DNA from: Octopus bimaculoides
Lineage: Eukaryota
DNA length: 52,440 bases
Direction: 5' to 3'
NCBI RefSeq assembly: GCF_001194135.2
Contig: NC_068981.1
Location: forward strand, 133,385,433-133,437,872
Position numbers and translations under genes: made by a program. Under the pieces are notes generated by a model. That model had not been told where the DNA came from and did no database searches. It saw only the letters and a program-made list of their open reading frames with translations. This document shows, one piece after another, positions 22,896 to 33,147 of this stretch (its first letter is position 1; the number at the start of each line of letters is the position of its first letter).

Positions 22896-23589
22896 ATGTT
22901 AGGTGGGGTGGGGTCGAAATTTTATATTCTGATTCCACATATAGCGTGGTGTTCATTTTGGTGTGAGAAATAAATTAACAAATTTTAAAAAGTATAGACC
23001 ACCCCTACCCCTCGCATACCCCCCTCCCAACTAATTCTGTGTTTTGAATACTGAAAATGTCAGGAACTGTAAACTTGTTTTAATGTTATTAACTTTGTAT
23101 TGGTTAAATATTACCTATATAACATTTTATAACTTATATGTAACCCCCAACCTCCACCTACCTGAATAAAAAACAGTTATCGGAATCTTTATTTATTTAT
23201 ATAGCCTGTAATAATTTTTTTTTATAAAGAAAAAAGCCTAAATTCAGAAAAGCACTTCCAACGTTAAGAAAATGTAAATTCATAATGACTATTATGATAT
23301 ACAATAAAAAAAAACTATGCACGAACCTCAAACGAAATATTAAATTAACAGTGAACACCATAAAATAAGCATTAATAATATTTATTATTTAATTATATAA
23401 TCATTGTCTTTTCCAGTGAAAGTGAAGTAAACTTTGTCTTGATTTCTATACATGTAATATGAATTTGTGCCTATTTTCGTAGCCTATTCTGACTTCAGAA
23501 GCTGTTGTCACTAAATTGATAGCATGCTCGACTCTTTGGCTATGAAATACATTCACTAACAGTTTTACTGATTGCGAGGAGACGTCAAC

Positions 23590-23790
23590 ACTGCCCCGAC
23601 CCATCTTTCTTTGATCTCACAGAAAATATATAATGTAACACCACTTAGCTATGCACATTTGCATCTCAGTTGATAGGAGTAATACGAAATGGCGCGTTTT
23701 ACTGAAGAACACAACATGCTGCCCTGTCAGGGAATCGAACCAAAAAAAATCCTAGTCCAACATACCCTAGCCACATGAGCACGTCTTCTC
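23590..23790 (-). mobile_element. Decayed SINE family D-like fragment
   Basis: GGGAATCGAACC B box (rc) and GAAGAACACAACATGCTGCC CORE-like segment. Confidence 0.55.
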
Positions 23791-24121
23791 AACATACTCG
23801 ATAATCACACACATACGCACAGACAGACAGACAGATAGATAGATAGCTAGATAGATGAGAGGAAATTGCCAATTAAATATATCTTTAAGTAACAGGCGCA
23901 GCTGAGAGATGTTTTTAAACTATGTTCATTTGACGCCGCTCCTATTTTTGGTATGAAGCACTTTTCAATATTCGGAAATACAAACAACTTCAATAGATGT
24001 GATTATTAGTGGACAGAAGGAGATTTTAATCGAGTTATATTTAATGAGTCAGCTACTTATACAAAAAGCAGACATTCTGGACACAGTGAGACAATCTAAG
24101 TTTCAATATTTAGAGTTTGTA

Positions 24122-24180
24122 AGGCGGCGAGATGGTAGAAACGTTAGCATGCCGGGCGAAATGCTGAGCGGTATAACATC
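24122..24180 (+). mobile_element. SINE family B head, truncated
   Basis: GGCGGCGAGATGGTAGAAACGTTAGCATGCCGGGCGAAATGCTGAGCGGTAT, then the match stops. Confidence 0.8.
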
Positions 24181-24749
24181 TCCGTGAGTTTTGTTTGTTA
24201 TGCGTCGCACATGTATTCGTGGTAAAAATTTCTGTTACTTGGTGTTATTATTTATAATAACTGCTGTTTCTAATAACTGCTGTTTGTTAATGTTTTGAAT
24301 TTCGTAGCTGTTGGAGTGTTCATTTGAAAACGCTGAGTGCTTGTAGAAAGCACGCGTTGTTCATTCCCCCATTGGTGGGGAGGAGAATGTTATCTAGCGA
24401 GAGGCCTACCGTTGGAACAGAAATGTCTAATTTTCCTGTTGAAGCGAAGAAGTTCATGTTGTCTGGCGAGGAGCCAACTAAGAGCAAGGAGATAATAGAT
24501 TCCCCCGAAAAAGGAATTTTTGATTACCCCGTTGCAAAAAAGTATAACAAAATGTATGAGATATTTGGAGATGTGTCGTCAGAACTTTCACAAGAAGATT
24601 ACTGGAGTTTGCCAAAAAAAAAGTATTGTGTTCAAAATAATAATTGATGCACCTAGCATCCAAACTGAGCAGACAAAAAAGAAAAAAAAAGTTTTGCGTT
24701 AGCAGCTGGGGGTGGAACCCGGCTGCTTTCGACGAACAAATGTGACTTT

Positions 24750-25742
24750 ATGAAATATAGTGAAATGATGGAAATAAATGATAACGTTGTTAAAATACAA
24801 CCACCGGAGCAATTAATACAAGAAGAAAAACAGAAGACAATAATATTTAAAACTTACTGTTTGCAAAGAAAAAAAATTCAGAGAATTACAGAAGAGAATA
24901 TAGAGAAGTGCCTGAAGCCAATTTGGAGCAACGTAGTTTATCTGACAAGAGGCAGAAAGTTTGGTACGGTGGAAGTAAGGTTTACCGACAAAGAAATTGC
25001 ACAAAAACATTCAGTAGAAACACTGAAAATGGACGACGTGGCGCTCATCCCCACCTATATGGAGATGAGAACGTCCAGAATTAAAATGACAAGGGTCCCA
25101 CCGGAACTGGATCCTATGTGGTTGGTGGCGGCAGTCCTAATCAAACAGGAAGAGAAAATTACCCTCCTCCAGGCTGCCGCTACCGGACTGGCCAAACAGT
25201 TAGTCTCCTCATCCAGGCTGACCCTAAAATAATTGAAGCAATTCCCAAGACAATTGAGTTAGGGGAGGAGACCCTCATGGTGCAAACCCCGATGTGGCCA
25301 ATTAGGCCACATTCGAGGGAACTGCAAGGAAAATGATGAAGAGGAGGGGAAGAAAGAAGAAAAAGATGAGAAGAAAACAACAAACAAAAGAAAAATACAA
25401 TCAGCAACTCAACCGAGAGCGGCGACTACAACAGAACGACCAAAAAAGACTGCAAGAAGAGAAAAAGAGGAGAAAGGCATAATAGCCGTATACACTAAAG
25501 ATACTGAGCTAATGAGAGTCATTCAATTAATTAGGACAGCAAAAAAAAAAATAGATAACCTTTCGGAAAAATATAACAATTATGACGTGTATGAAGTCTC
25601 AAATAAGACTCATAGAATTTTACAAAACAAATATCGTAAGACAGTATCATCAATGAGACTGGACTTTAATAAGTCTATATTTAATGGATTACCATCCCGA
25701 TCCCGCGAGAAAAAGAAAAGGTGGAGACCCCACTCCACCTGA
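24750..25742 (+). pseudogene. Frameshifted LINE ORF1 (RRM-like region plus gag-like zinc knuckle)
   Basis: 24750-25232 GTVEVRFTDKEIA..LIPTYM..RVPPELDPMW; second frame 25281-25742 with CKPRCGQLGHIRGNC and a charged tail. Confidence 0.7.
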
Positions 25743-25870
25743 TAATTCTGTGTCGGTAATGAAACGGGATTTTAACAAATCTATTTCCCAAGACCTGCCA
25801 CCTCCGACCCTGTATCAAGACAAGGTGGAGGGTTCCTCTCCACCTGACAGCCCTGATTAACAGGTAAGTC

Positions 25871-26610
25871 ATGTCTATTCACATTGGTTGTATAAATGTT
25901 CGTGGCCTGATGTCTAGCTGGAAGCAAGGACGCTTCCTAAATGACATCAGGTCAAGAAAATTAGATGTGATTGTTGCAACGAAAACCCGGTCAAAGGGGC
26001 CAAGAGATCTGTCCNNNNNNNNNNGCTATTTATGCACCCAATATTATGGGCCCGCAAAGTGAATATTTCCGTGACCTGGGCAAGTTCCTGGCCACGTCGC
26101 ATTCGCTAGTATTGTTAGGAGACTTTAACACAATATGTGAGGCACACACAGATTGTGTTGGCTCGAACATGAACAGAAAATGTAACCCAGGCTTAAGGGA
26201 TCTGCTAAGTCACTTTCAGCTAACAGATCCATATAGGTTGGAACACCCGAACACTCCACAGTGGACGTGGTCAAATAGTGACGGGTCTTCTAGAACATAT
26301 TTAGATAGGATTTTAATTAGAGAAACAGATCGTCCATAGCTAAGTGTCGACAGTTTTTTCTAGTCAGCTACAGTGACCACAAGATGGTTACCTGTAAACT
26401 GACAATAGATAAGTTACATAGTCAGGGATCTGACTACTGGAAACTCAATACGTCCCTTTTGGCGATTCAGGAATACAGAGAGAGGATAAAGATGTCAATA
26501 CAGAGGGCATTGACAGGTACCATCATTAATAACAAATGGTGGTGCGCCCTAAAAAGAGCCATGAAATATGAGTCTATTAGGTTTAGCATAAGTTTAACTT
26601 TAAGACCAAT
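25871..26610 (+). pseudogene. LINE ORF2 N-terminus: APE-type endonuclease, disrupted
   Basis: Motifs in order: INVRGL, IYAPN, LLGDFN, WTWSN, YLDRIL, SDHKMV, YWKLNTSLL; one stop/frameshift and a 10-N gap. Confidence 0.9.
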
Positions 26611-26716
26611 TGTCAAGTCGCCGAGAATTCTAAGTACTGAATACCTTATGTAAAGATTTTCTTTACCTCTAAAACGTAAACGAAATAGTTATAAAATCTT
26701 ACATATACACATACCA

Positions 26717-26748
<32 letters not shown>

Positions 26749-27244
26749 NNNNNNNNNNNNNNNNNNNNNNNNNNNNNNNNNNNNNNNNNNNNNNNNNNNN
26801 NNNNNNNNNNNNNNNNNNNNNNNNNNNNNNNNNNNNNNNNNNNNNNNNNNNNNNNNNNNNNNNNNNNNNNNNNNNNNNNNNNNNNNNNNNNNNNNNNNNN
26901 NNNNNNNNNNNNNNNNNNNNNNNNNNNNNNNNNNNNNNNNNNNNNNNNNNNNNNNNNNNNNNNNNNNNNNNNNNNNNNNNNNNNNNNNNNNNNNNNNNNN
27001 NNNNNNNNNNNNNNNNNNNNNNNNNNNNNNNNNNNNNNNNNNNNNNNNNNNNNNNNNNNNNNNNNNNNNNNNNNNNNNNNNNNNNNNNNNNNNNNNNNNN
27101 NNNNNNNNNNNNNNNNNNNNNNNNNNNNNNNNNNNNNNNNNNNNNNNNNNNNNNNNNNNNNNNNNNNNNNNNNNNNNNNNNNNNNNNNNNNNNNNNNNNN
27201 NNNNNNNNNNNNNNNNNNNNNNNNNNNNNNNNNNNNNNNNNNNN

Positions 27245-27285
<41 letters not shown>

Positions 27286-27288
<3 letters not shown>

Positions 27289-28388
27289 TGTGCGATGGGT
27301 AGACTGTAGCCATTTTTTTGTCGACTGCACAATATAGTCGGTCGGGCACCGACTGTGAGAATAACAGCACCACGACGCAATTTGCTCTGCCCGAAATTTG
27401 GAAACGACATGCTGTATTTCTTGGCATTCACGCTGGAAGATCCAATACAAACAATTCAGTGTGTTTGGGCGTCAATATGAGAAGAGTGCAGAGGATTCGG
27501 AAAGAGTTGGATGAGACTAATGGTCAATGCAAAAGTACAGTAGCTCGGAAAACTCTCTCTGATCGTTCCGATAAGAAAAGAACTCCTGAATTTGTTGGTG
27601 AGATCCAGGCCATGACAACAGTCTTTCTAAGACAATCAGGTCTATCGCCAGGGTCATGGGAGTATCTGAGTTTCTTATCAGGCAGGTAGTGCATTAAGAC
27701 ATTCGGTATTCCTCATACAAGGGGCCAATTTTTCTCCCAAGCCATTAAGGACAAGAGGAAAGACCGTGTTACGAAGCTTTTGAACAAACTCAAGCATTCC
27801 TTCTAATACTTCGGTTTTTCTCGGACGAGAAAAATTACTACCAGGATCAGATGGTGAACACACTCAGCAGCCGTTGGCTTGCCGTGACCCAAGACATGTA
27901 CCGAAAGTGACAAAAATCTAACATCCAGTCAACATCATGGTGTTTGGAGTGATCACTAGTGATGGCGACGTTATGTCTCTATTCATCTTCCCACACGGCC
28001 TTACATTCAGTATGGAGGCCTACATCATGTGCCTGGAGGAGGTAGTGCTGCCCTGGTTCAAGAGGGTGGCTTCTGGGAGACCTTTTTCTGCTGCCACTAA
28101 TATCTGAGAGACCAACAAAACTCCTTGTAACACCAAAGATGAACTTAAGGCTAGGATTATGGTAGCGTTCACCAACATAAACAAGGAGACTATCAAAATG
28201 AGTTGCAGAAAATTCCGAAGTCGTTTGGAGGTGATGGTTGAAGCCAATGGCGATTTTATTGAATAAATTCACTCTTTAGTATTTCAATATATTTTTATGT
28301 AATTTTGATAAATATTTCTCTGAAAATGAGATATCAGCGTGATTTTCATTTTTGCGTAATTTAAACGAAATTTATTCACCGCATCCGG
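27286..28388 (+). mobile_element. Decayed maT-like transposon with internal deletion
   Basis: LPEIWKRHAV, RSDKKRTPEFVGEIQ, FFSDEKN, VNIMVFGVITSDGDVM..VLPWFKRVASGRP, ETNKTPCNTKDELKARI..VEANGDFIE*; termini match those of 51637-52423. Confidence 0.88.
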
Positions 28389-28412
28389 TACATTATATAT
28401 ATATATATATAT

Positions 28413-28432
28413 GGATAGATAAATAGATAGAT

Positions 28433-28504
<72 letters not shown>

Positions 28505-28520
28505 GTAGATAGATAGATAT
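28413..28520. repeat. (GATA)n repeat
   Basis: Seen directly. Confidence 0.95.
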
Positions 28521-29542
28521 ACATTATACGTTATATATCTTTTACTTAAGTCATTAGACAGTGGCCATGTTNNNNNNNNNNNNNNNNNNNNNNNNNNNNN
28601 NNNNNNNNNNNNNNNNNNNNNNNNNNNNNNNNNNNNNNNNNNNNNNNNNNNNNNNNNNNNNNNNNNNNNNNNNNNNNNNNNNNNNNNNNNNNNNNNNNNN
28701 NNNNNNNNNNNNNNNNNNNNNNNNNNNNNNNNNNNNNNNNNNNNNNNNNNNNNNNNNNNNNNNNNNNNNNNNNNNNNNNNNNNNNNNNNNNNNNNNNNNN
28801 NNNNNNNNNNNNNNNNNNNNNNNNNNNNNNNNNNNNNNNNNNNNNNNNNNNNNNNNNNNNNNNNNNNNNNNNNNNNNNNNNNNNNNNNNNNNNNNNNNNN
28901 NNNNNNNNNNNNNNNNNNNNNNNNNNNNNNNNNNNNNNNNNNNNNNNNNNNNNNNNNNNNNNNNNNNNNNNNNNNNNNNNNNNNNNNNNNNNNNNNNNNN
29001 NNNNNNNNNNNNNNNNNNNNNNNNNNNNNNNNNNNNNNNNNNNNNNNNNNNNNNNNNNNNNNNNNNNNNNNNNNNNNNNNNNNNNNNNNNNNNNNNNNNN
29101 NNNNNNNNNNNNNNNNNNNNNNNNNNNNNNNNNNNNNNNNNNNNNNNNNNNNNNNNNNNNNNNNNNNNNNNNNNNNNNNNNNNNNNNNNNNNNNNNNNNN
29201 NNNNNNNNNNNNNNNNNNNNNNNNNNNNNNNNNNNNNNNNNNNNNNNNNNNNNNNNNNNNNNNNNNNNNNNNNNNNNNNNNNNNNNNNNNNNNNNNNNNN
29301 NNNNNNNNNNNNNNNNNNNNNNNNNNNNNNNNNNNNNNNNNNNNNNNNNNNNNNNNNNNNNNNNNNNNNNNNNNNNNNNNNNNNNNNNNNNNNNNNNNNN
29401 NNNNNNNNNNNNNNNNNNNNNNNNNNNNNNNNNNNNNNNNNNNNNNNTATGTGTTGTATGTATGTATTAGTCTTTTATTCTTTTACTTGTTTCAGTCATT
29501 TCACTGCGGCCATGCTGGAGCACCGCATTATATACCCCCCCC

Positions 29543-29599
<57 letters not shown>

Positions 29600-29634
29600 T
29601 TATGTATGTATATATAATGTATATGTGAATGTGT

Positions 29635-29830
29635 TTTCTGTGTTTATCCACCACCACCGCTTGACAACTATTTTTGCTTTGTTTACGACCCCATAACCTA
29701 GTGGTTCAATAAAAAGACCCCGATAAAATAAGTACTAAGATTAGAAAAAGTAAGTAGTAAGATCGGTTTGTTTTACTAAACCCTTCAAGGCGGTGCTGCA
29801 ATCGAGTGACTTAAACCAGTAAAAGATAAG
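29635..29830. mobile_element. SINE-like family A copy, reverse orientation
   Basis: ACCACCGCTTGACAAC..CGATAAAATAAGTAC..AAGGCGGTGCT matches 35670-35870. Confidence 0.7.
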
Positions 29831-30689
29831 CGATATGATAGCGAAATAATTCAGAATTTATTCTCTCCATATCTTTAGAAATTTTTGTCTATATATGCGT
29901 TACAAACTGAAAATCTAACTTCAAATTTAAAGACTTTGTTTATTTAGAAATATAGTACTGCATGCGACATCATTTCATAAATACTTAAAAAAATATCTAT
30001 GATCACATTTATATTAAACTACGCCATGTACAAATAAAAGCTCAACAATTTTCTTTTCAATTTTGGAGAGAAGTCTACAATTTGCAGATGATATAATATC
30101 GACAATACTTAGTCTTCAGAAAACATTTACCACCAAATCGGTAAATATTTAAAGAGTCAAACCACTTTGAATAACTATGGTTAATAAGAGTTTCATATTA
30201 GCTATTTATATGGAAGACGTCATTTTGAAATGAGTTCATTCCTAGAATTTAATGCATTTAATAGTTACGTCAGTATGAATATCACAAACTGCTCGGTATA
30301 GGACCACCAAAATATGATTTAGCAAATTCAACTATCGACAACAATACCTGAAAATCCATAGAAACTTTAGCTTCGTAAAGTTATCTCCAAACAGGCCAAG
30401 ATAAAGAGGTGGTATTTCTTACTTACGGATGCCTATCAGAAGACTTTGTGCTTTGTGAGTGAAAATTGTTGGTGACTACCCAATAGAAATTGATACGGAT
30501 ACTCTTTTATAATACCGAATGAAATGTATACTGTTGCCTTATCGCATTTCAATGTGCTTGCGATTACTTTTGGTTATATATGGTCACGCTATTTCCCTAC
30601 TTCAGTTGTATGAAATATCGGTAACGAAAATCAGTTTCAATACAAGATATTTTAGCTTATAAAATCTAGACACTATCTACATTATTTAC

Positions 30690-30810
30690 AATTGACGGAT
30701 ATTTGTCCTAATCTTGTTTGTTGTTAACACAATGTTTCGGCTGATATACCCTCCAGCCTTCATCAGGTATCTTGGAGAAATTTCGAACCGTGGGCAATTA
30801 TGGAGTGAAT
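30690..30810 (-). mobile_element. Probable Penelope-like/retrozyme-type fragment
   Basis: Contains the hammerhead-like motif at 30727-30770; extent uncertain. Confidence 0.45.
30727..30770 (-). ncRNA. Minimal type-I hammerhead ribozyme-like motif (G16.2A)
   Basis: Minus strand AUAC-CUGAUGA-A-GGCUG(GAGGGUAUAU)CAGCC-GAAAC-AUU-GUGU; perfect 5-bp stem II, 4-bp stem I with one GU. Confidence 0.65.
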
Positions 30811-30997
30811 TTTAGGGCGTATAAATGTAATATTCTCTTATTCTTCCTTAATACCGGTTCCCATATACGGTTCATATCTCTACTCGGTCTGCTTAGGAGG
30901 TTGAAAATACTAGAACAAAAGCCTCAAGGTATTTTGACCAACGCTCTAAGCGTTCTACCAATCTTACAGCACACATACATGCGTACATACGTACATC

Positions 30998-31410
30998 TTT
31001 TTTAAGCATTCACAGGTTACACGGTCCTTAGACCACTGAAAGCGTAAGAGCTATTAGAATAAAATGGACGCTAGACAGAAGTCAATAGGTGACGATGTAC
31101 ATTAGACTTAAAATACTGGGGTTCATATCGAAGACGAAAACAAGACTGTGGAAGAGAATTCCAAAGTTCAGAGATGCGAGGGAAGAAACTGGTACTGTAA
31201 AGTGCTTTACGACACCTAGAAGTTTGCACTGTATACTGATGAGAACTGGGTGCAAGTCTAGTTGATTGATGATAAGTTCTTAAAGGGGAAACCAGAGGAG
31301 AGAGAGCTCAGCTGCACAATGCCCAGAAGATAGATCATGACCAATAAGCATTACAAATACGGCAATGAATGCGGTCCAATAGAGTTAAACAATCCGTAGG
31401 AGCACCTGCC
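30998..31410 (-). mobile_element. 5'-truncated CR1/L2-group LINE 3' end
   Basis: Minus frame RTYHQSTRLAPSSHQYTVQTSRCRKALYSTSFFPRISELWNSLPQSCFRLRYEPQYFKSNVHRHLLTSV* (stop at 31071-73), short 3' UTR and A-tail. Confidence 0.8.
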
Positions 31411-32669
31411 CATACATACATACATACATACATATACACAGACAGGCAGACAGGCAGACAGGCATAATCGTACGTACATATCCAAAGAGTTGCCCTCACT
31501 TATACAAAAGAGCCTTACCATTTTATTAATGACCGGATAAAATCCTGCAAAAGAAAACATAAATCCACAAAACATGCATACATGCATACAAACACACGCA
31601 CATACATACACACATACATATATACATACTTACATGCATATATACATAATACATATATACATGCATATACACACATGCATGCGGACATACGTGTGTATGT
31701 AGGTGTGATAGTATTTCCTGACAGATGCTACGTGACCAAAGATATTGGACTGTCATGCATCAAGACTTTATAGAGAGTTGCAGCTAATCTGATGTCTCAA
31801 TAGCTGAGTCCATATTCCAGTTTCATTTCATAAATAATACGTACGAGATATGACGGACGAACGTCATCTGCAACACACAATAAGCCTTTCCAGGAGAATA
31901 TTTAATTCTCAAAAATTTGACGTTACATAATCTAGTTAATATCAATAGTGTTATTAATGCATGAAGTTTGTGAAATGATTTATGTTTTATCCGTGCGTGT
32001 GTGCTGATTCCTATAAAATGTCCAGAACCACTACCAAGATTGGCATTAGCAATGACGCAATAAGTTGCTGGCAGTGAGAATAGAATCTAAAATTAAATAA
32101 TAGAAATCAATAAAAGGTAAGTTTATTGATTTTACGTAATGTTTTTGATATTTTTTTTTCTTCTACTATCGCCATGTTTTCAATGCTTTCCTGAAAATAT
32201 GTTATTCGTTTCCCACTTGTAGACATTTTATCGCCTGAGTCTATTCAGTCTTTACTATTTACTTGCTTATTGTTCACCATAAATAAATATATCTGCTATG
32301 GGAACAAAGTCATTAATTTATAATAATGGCGAATTAGACTGTGTGTCGTTCATTCTTTTTCAGAGGAATTTGCTGGCATCGGTTGATTGGATGGTAAATA
32401 GAATAGATGGAATTCGTCATGGCTCATCGGGAATTGACCTCTAAACAAACGGGTGTAGGAAGAGCTATGCGATTAAGAATATGGCTTTGTAAGCATTTGC
32501 TGCTGGGTTCGATCCCACTGTGCATTATCTTCCTTACGTATAAGTATGTGGCACAGCATTGAGTTCATTTACAAGTTAACACACACATATCCACACTCCC
32601 TTCATATTTTTTTTTTATTTATTTATGTGTTTCAGCCAAGTGGCTGCGGTCATGCTGGTGCACCACCGT

Positions 32670-32705
<36 letters not shown>

Positions 32706-32736
32706 CATACATACATACATACATACTTACATACAT

Positions 32737-33085
32737 GATGGCCGTCCACTCGTGACCGAGGAAGACCATTGCCGACCTTCAGGAACATTGTGCGCTCTAG
32801 GACTAACTTATATTTTGCATTTGTGGCTCCGTTGGTGGCTAATGAGCCCTGCTCTTGACAAGCATACATGACTGCAAACATTGCAGACCAAGCTTTTCTC
32901 ATTCACTATACGAGCTGTGCGCTTTCGCGCAGCGCGCTTAAGTTCTTCATGTTGGATACGTGCTCTCTCAAATGTGTCGATCCCCTCCTTAACCTGCTTC
33001 CTCCATCTGTTGCGATGACAGGCATTGTTCTCTCAGTCAGTATCCTGCATATCACAGGCCTTTAATGAAGGCTTGACATAACCAC
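32737..33085 (-). mobile_element. 5'-truncated RTE-type LINE 3' end with terminal C2H2 finger
   Basis: Minus frame ..RNRWRKQVKEGIDTFERARIQHEELKRAARK..CNVCSHVCLSRAGLISHQRSH; 3' UTR runs into (GTAT)n. Confidence 0.8.
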
Positions 33086-33147
33086 ATACATACATACATA
33101 CATACATACATACATACATACATACATACATACATACATACATACAC
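33085..33147. repeat. (CATA)n repeat
   Basis: Seen directly. Confidence 0.95.

Larger units (their letters stand above)
24185..26610 (+). mobile_element. Non-LTR retrotransposon, L1 group (Tx1-like): 5' region, ORF1 and endonuclease; RT absent
   Basis: See ORF1 and ORF2 entries; both boundaries approximate. Confidence 0.85.

Noticed and set aside
22895-23165. G-rich start and C-rich end suggesting MITE termini
   Set aside because: Only low-complexity complementarity; no TSD defined.
31236-31291. CTGATGA-GAACT..AGTTC-TAAAGGG-GAAAC hammerhead look-alike
   Set aside because: Seven extra bases separate stem II from GAAA, and it is the antisense of a LINE ORF.
32823-32885. C2H2 finger as a fragment of a host zinc-finger gene
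   Set aside because: Single finger at the end of an RTE-like C-terminus with a tandem-repeat tail; no TGEKP linker.
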